DNA from: Candidatus Poribacteria bacterium
GTDB taxonomy: Bacteria; Poribacteria; WGA-4E; JAJDTR01
DNA: 64,000 bases
Direction: 5' to 3'
Assembly: GCA_965197465.1 (NCBI GenBank)
Contig: OZ240209.1
Span: forward strand, 3,738,423 to 3,802,422
The position numbers and the translations under genes were made by a program. Below, piece by piece: positions 62,120 through 64,000 of the stretch. How positions within the stretch are numbered: the first letter of the stretch is position 1; every line of letters begins with the position of its first letter. A model generated the notes under the pieces. The model searched no databases and was not told the DNA's origin. It was given only the letters and a program-made list of their open reading frames with translations.

Positions 62120-62857
62120 TTATTGGGTTTTGATTAAGCCCCAAGTTTGGGCGAGCTTATATTGGGGATTCACGGCGGTGGCTTGATTGAACGCCTGCGC
62201 TATCTCGTCTGCTGTCCGTACGATATTCGAAATACGGAGATTGTCCAAAACACCCACATAGAACCCTTTAGTCCCATTCTCCGCACCGATGAAAAGGTCA
62301 CTTTCAACGCCAAGGTCCCCACTCTGTTCCGTTTCCTTAAGGAACTGACCATCCAGATAATATATTAGCTTATTACCGTCATAGGTAGCGGCATGGTATT
62401 GCCACGTACCAAGAGGCGCGGGCTCGTCTTGCAAAAGAAGAGCTTTCACTTCGGGCGGGGTGACAAAATGGGGTCCAAAAGCGTCGTTAATCTGGACAAA
62501 CTCATATCCCAACCGCGGACCACCCGCCCTCTTATCGAAGACAAATTGCTCCTCGGCCCCCGCCTCGAGTTTCAGCGTCCATGCCTCAACGGTGATGTTT
62601 TGCGTGATATCCAGCGTCCCGGATTTTGGAACCTGGATCATTGATGCCCCATCGAATTCGTAACCGTTACCGAACTTCCCTGGGACCAGATTGATCTGGC
62701 CGTTAATCGTTCCATCGTTGCCTGCCCCTGAAAGGTCTTGGACAGTATCGCCTTGGATGCCATCACACGGAAAGTACAATACTGTCTGTGAGAACCCAAC
62801 AACGGGAGCAACCCCTAAAAGCAATGCGACTGCAAGAAGAAAAGCTAATCTCTTCAT
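62120..62857 (-). CDS. secreted LamG-like domain protein (paralog of 41206 and 63564 genes)
   Basis: MKRLAFLLAVALLLG signal peptide. AAGGAGG SD. C-terminal ...QYKLAQTWGLIKTQ. Confidence 0.75.
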   Translation of the reverse strand: MKRLAFLLAVALLLGVAPVVGFSQTVLYFPCDGIQGDTVQDLSGAGNDGTINGQINLVPGKFGNGYEFDGASMIQVPKSGTLDITQNITVEAWTLKLEAGAEEQFVFDKRAGGPRLGYEFVQINDAFGPHFVTPPEVKALLLQDEPAPLGTWQYHAATYDGNKLIYYLDGQFLKETEQSGDLGVESDLFIGAENGTKGFYVGVLDNLRISNIVRTADEIAQAFNQATAVNPQYKLAQTWGLIKTQ

Positions 62858-63289
62858 CACGAAACCCTCCTTTAATATGACTACGCGATGGTTTTTAATT
62901 GTGTAGAGCATTATGAACTAGGTAACAACGGTAATTATTGACCGTTCCTTTCTACATGGAAATAGATGCAATTTATATGGAAATATAAATGCACAATCCA
63001 TGCGATTCCTTACGCATAGTTCCCGATGTTCTTGCTCCATATGGATAACAAGTCCCATCTCGAAAGTTTTCGGGACAGCCATCGAGATTATAACGTAATT
63101 TCTCCTTGCGGAGATATACTCTAACGGAACAGCCAATCAGAGATAATTTCCGCCATATAGACAGAAATTTTAGTTTTCCGATTACGCACAAGGTTTTACG
63201 CCATACAGGTATTGCACATGGCAACCTCGTACCTTGTCAAAGATCGAAAAGTTTTTATGAGTATAGCGGAGCTAAGTCATTTAGTCAAG

Positions 63290-63511
63290 TACTTTCCACT
63301 GATGGCAGGCGGAGATGTTCAAGTCGGCCAAGCAATCGGAGAAACCGATGACATCGCCTCGGCACCTGTCGGCGAAGGCTTCACGCCGGATGACCTGGCG
63401 GCGTCCTTCTTCCGGAACATCGGCATCGACCCGCAAACAAAGTATCAAACCAATGTGGGACGTCCTGTGACGCTCGTGCGAGATGGGAGGCCAATTCAAC
63501 AGTTGTTCTGA
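63290..63511 (+). pseudogene. DUF1501 family protein, C-terminal fragment only
   Basis: AGGDVQVGQAIGETDD...DLAASFFRNIGIDPQTKY...GRPVTLVRDGRPIQQL matches the DUF1501 C-terminus. Confidence 0.45.
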
Positions 63512-63563
63512 GTCTTCTCCGCGCACTACCCATCCTTACATCTTAAGGACTACCCCGGATTCT

Positions 63564-64000
63564 TTATTGGGTTTTGATTAAGCCCCAAGTTTGGGCGAGC
63601 TTCAATTCGGGATTCACGGCGGCGATTCGTGATACTTTATTGTACGCCGCCTTTATCTCGTCTGCTGTCCGTGCGATCTTCGAAATACGGATATTGTCCA
63701 AAACACCCGTATAGGGGTGTCTAGTCCCAGCCGGGAAACCTTCCGTACCGATGAAAAGGTCACTTTCAACGCCAAGGTCCCCAATCTGATCCGTTTCCTT
63801 AAGGAACTCACCATCCAGATAATATTTCATCGTCTTACCGTCATAGGTAGCGGCATGGTATTGCCACGTACCAATAGGCGCGGGCTCGTCTTGGTTAAGA
63901 ACAGCTTTCTTTCCGGGGGTCGCCATCATGAATCCAAAAACGTTGTCAACCTGGAAAAGCTCATATCCCAACCGCGGATTACCCGCCCTCTTATCGAGGA
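63564..64000 (-). CDS. LamG-like domain protein, recent tandem paralog of 62120..62857 (partial, runs off window end)
   Basis: ...PAPIGTWQYHAATYDGKTMKYYLDGEFLKET...VNPELKLAQTWGLIKTQ. The downstream DNA is also near-identical to the region at 62100. Confidence 0.7.
   Translation of the reverse strand, partial: LDKRAGNPRLGYELFQVDNVFGFMMATPGKKAVLNQDEPAPIGTWQYHAATYDGKTMKYYLDGEFLKETDQIGDLGVESDLFIGTEGFPAGTRHPYTGVLDNIRISKIARTADEIKAAYNKVSRIAAVNPELKLAQTWGLIKTQ

Overview
This 64-kb window is a gene-poor, repeat-rich and heavily decayed accessory region. It looks like an environmental (metagenome-type) contig at about 55% GC. Two proteins carry a T9SS-type C-terminal sorting domain, which points to an FCB-superphylum-like host. 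Sulfatase, five PhyH copies, an ankyrin fragment and LamG, DUF1501 and DUF1080 proteins resemble marine or host-associated glycan degraders. I could not assign an organism.

Intact genes include: a 1335-aa secreted gluzincin metalloprotease with a T9SS C-terminal domain; a beta-helix protein plus sulfatase pair; a zinc alcohol dehydrogenase; a GH32-like hydrolase; an NADP-dependent oxidoreductase; two PhyH dioxygenases; two tautomerase-like proteins; an FG-GAP/T9SS protein; an E2 acyltransferase; an intact E1alpha/E1beta pair; a serine recombinase; an aldo/keto reductase; a GIY-YIG protein; three SDR epimerases; a metallophosphoesterase; a MetE-like protein; and three secreted LamG-domain paralogs that share a conserved C-terminal dodecapeptide.

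Between these genes lies an unusual density of mobile DNA and gene wreckage:
- An IS4/IS5-superfamily insertion sequence (IS) whose transposase is broken by a 37-bp insertion.
- An IS630-family IS plus a daughter miniature inverted-repeat transposable element (MITE), inserted in tandem at TA sites into a ~200-bp tandem repeat.
- An IS200/RAYT-like Y1 transposase with GTAG-type REP hairpins.
- A group II intron remnant.
- Two further MITE-like elements, one of them splitting a PhyH gene.
- A 2.2-kb cassette bounded by inverted repeats that carries a single membrane-protein gene.
- At least 15 frameshifted, truncated or nonsense-interrupted genes, including three in-frame TAG codons even though TAG terminates intact genes.

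The most novel-looking signals are:
1. A family of ~37-bp GATC-containing 'GATAG' units. They occur as a degenerate array and also as precise 37-bp insertions into an IS transposase and into a REP hairpin.
2. The conserved 'KLAQTWGLIKTQ' C-terminal tail on the LamG paralogs.
3. A split 2-oxoacid dehydrogenase system: broken E1alpha/beta next to an intact E2 at one locus, and an intact E1alpha/beta without E2 at another.
4. Clustered AGTTCTAGAACT palindromes about 2 kb from the serine recombinase.
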